From Nemertoderma westbladi (taxonomy: Eukaryota; Animalia; Xenacoelomorpha): DNA of 64,000 nucleotides. This document shows positions 63,001 through 64,000 of this stretch, one piece after another. The DNA is taken from positions 1-64,000 of the forward strand of contig JAUCBJ010008325.1 in NCBI GenBank assembly GCA_032718475.1. Reading direction: 5' to 3'. The stretch's first letter is position 1, and each line of letters opens with the position of its first letter. A model generated the notes under the pieces. That model saw only the letters and a program-made list of their open reading frames with translations, was not told the origin of the DNA and did no database searches. A program made the position numbers and the translations under genes.

Positions 63001-64000
63001 TACAAGTTGTAAAGGATTTGCTAAATTATGGTGCAGATATTTGGAGAATCGATGACATTGGTATGACACCTTTACATTTTGCATGTTCAGCAGTAACAAA
63101 TGAAACAAATGCTGTTGAAGTTATAAATATTCTTTTGAAAATGTTAGATTCAGAATTGAAAATAAAGTACATCAATATGGTTAATGACTATGGTGAAACA
63201 GCTTTACATCTTGTAGTATCAACGAAAACCAATTCTTCGGATACAAGTAATGATATTGAAGACATTCTTGTAAATAATGGAGCTGATCTAAGTATATTAG
63301 ACAACAATAAAAGATCAGTCATTCAAAGAGCATTTGTTGAATTAGGAAGTCAAAGTGAGCTAAGTCACATCGATCCAATTGAGACAGTTATATATTTATC
63401 ATCACACATGAATGCCATAAATTTATCAAATAGGGATGGATGTGGCCGAACAGTACTCCATTGGTCAGCTTGTCGAGGTTCTGCTATATCATCTTTACAT
63501 TTGACAGAACAATATAAAAAACATTCAATTGATCTTAACCTACTTGATAGCGATTATAACACACCACTCGCATTGGCTGTAAAAAATAGCCATGATAGTT
63601 GTGCTATAATACTTATTCAGCAAGGTTTACATCTTGATATTTCTGTCATTAGCAAAAATATACCTTTAAGTAAAAATATAGATTATTGGATGTGGAATCC
63701 AACTTGTAATGTACTACAACCAGCAGTGAAGCAAAATCATCTTCTTACTGTTGTGGCATCTCTAGAGTGGCCAGGCATCATGTCATTGATTGTTCAGAAA
63801 CTGAAGGAGACAGGAATCAGTATGCGGTCTGCGATTGAGTATATCCTGCGTGCAAACAAATTTAATGCAGCCCTTTCATTATTGCGGAAAATGCGGTCTT
63901 CTCAAGTAACGCTTAGTGGCAGAAATGCAATTGGTCAAAACCTGCTTCATATATTATGTTTTACATTGCCTTCAGATGAAACAACTGCTGTCAAATGCAG
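60099..64000 (+). CDS. Large ankyrin-repeat protein, probably an invertebrate tankyrase-like PARP (pme-5/tank-1 type); runs off the window
   Basis: Open frame from ATG 60099 (MPGKKVGAPRKRAK, basic NLS-like) to the window end (~1300 codons). Motifs GVYNFRLLGHAVRPLTSTRGGKEGNSAL, GFNLLHKEVL, ISPIHCAAINPN, RKPIHFAAAC and many TPL/TALH ankyrin repeats. No PARP domain lies within the window, so the family call rests on recalled motifs. Confidence 0.8.
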   Translation, partial: MPGKKVGAPRKRAKSSTENIVGVPKKRAKRTEGKKCQPHVKRKLKPKTHVVPKRKSGKHYTKRKCVIKSKIIKSAATKNKHLENVALSSKDPFFEVKFNHANISNINKTRQIYTSVNIADNARLNVLINDYDHVFDVTLNRSYSASQNPTQNALDLAVERGNRFAIQAIYNDINNPKNRAAALPATSLETQDVGVYNFRLLGHAVRPLTSTRGGKEGNSALCKSSGSYVVRNTILRMCHLGVSRDIVNLVRAHMNNDFQFYFLGIEAAVSCGHRKLAGYLVELSLKCSMGFNLLHKEVLLNDTQELTPFKSVSVLKKPQTRFRISPIHCAAINPNTAYLEKLLSIVPEYNVSDVKQRKPIHFAAACESTGPLLLLLARGASVNETDSLGNTPLIFAAKAGREQNIEVILNEIRNAQSMQVVITGGVDKANRSGFAPIHLATKFRHLKSLKKLIAGGANVEKNLTASRNRMTALMIAAEVGSIEVLKCLVDEGNAKIDAKDKHKKTALIYAVMNGNYNATAYLLSCEANINTKDNSGNAIIHYAAAYGWYHISQLLIDEDVNLNVINDWKLTPLAIAMMNSYTEVAALLMDYGIDVNYKGEEGKTLLSIICAKSKPSKMFVKGIKQLVIHRKANPNICDAYGNTCLHYLAANYLLAEATDSNFGIEVALILLHGGADITIRNNKKQSPILIAAESGSMKLLEFLINSSNIFQCELGTDDNTLLHLLASQNVIKTDLTSLWKTIKSNIPNDVLKEMGTSFNSRGFCPLHLACVSYGELSANQSTTYKVLKCVRENISNLIASVPVVVNMQVGKRKVFTDDECEYDTVRAFGSATHDLNNQLEYDGAYGLMTPVHIILCCHGGYVPFGQEGPLSSSKRPVLEMLLRESPNLNFLDKDGHMPIYYALSKCNSKHRRWSNDEISASMLIKAGCDVNQFTELLNDGHPVDNNINNGNARKRINPLMIAAKHSMVQVVKDLLNYGADIWRIDDIGMTPLHFACSAVTNETNAVEVINILLKMLDSELKIKYINMVNDYGETALHLVVSTKTNSSDTSNDIEDILVNNGADLSILDNNKRSVIQRAFVELGSQSELSHIDPIETVIYLSSHMNAINLSNRDGCGRTVLHWSACRGSAISSLHLTEQYKKHSIDLNLLDSDYNTPLALAVKNSHDSCAIILIQQGLHLDISVISKNIPLSKNIDYWMWNPTCNVLQPAVKQNHLLTVVASLEWPGIMSLIVQKLKETGISMRSAIEYILRANKFNAALSLLRKMRSSQVTLSGRNAIGQNLLHILCFTLPSDETTAVKC

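Overview
Repeat-rich, intron-containing animal (probably invertebrate) genomic DNA; the species cannot be determined from this window. There are two host genes. One is the 5' half of Cdc42 on the minus strand (coding exons 10350-10509 and 6141-6320; later exons are probably left of the window). The other is a long uninterrupted ankyrin-repeat ORF (60099 to beyond 64000) resembling invertebrate tankyrase-like PARPs (pme-5/tank-1 type). Almost everything else is nested mobile DNA. The most notable object is a ~15 kb BEL/Pao LTR retrotransposon (19176-34432, minus). Between its integrase and 3' LTR it carries a ~1 kb array of about 30 small hairpins and an extra ORF. After in-silico removal of an RTE LINE (13-bp TSD), that ORF encodes a DEDDy/WRN-like 3'-5' exonuclease, a charged helix and three CCHC zinc knuckles. 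The element has no tRNA-type PBS, and the PBS position is complementary to its own LTR (possible self-priming). Other notable items: about 21 tandem copies of the Cdc42 exon/5' splice-site junction; a non-autonomous element with TGT terminal direct repeats and CTCF-like motifs; an RFX X-box array in an intronic transposon; two tandem 7-8.5 kb elements inside a (CT)n microsatellite; and a 941-aa double-RT ORF produced by nested LINEs. All calls are by eye, without database searches.
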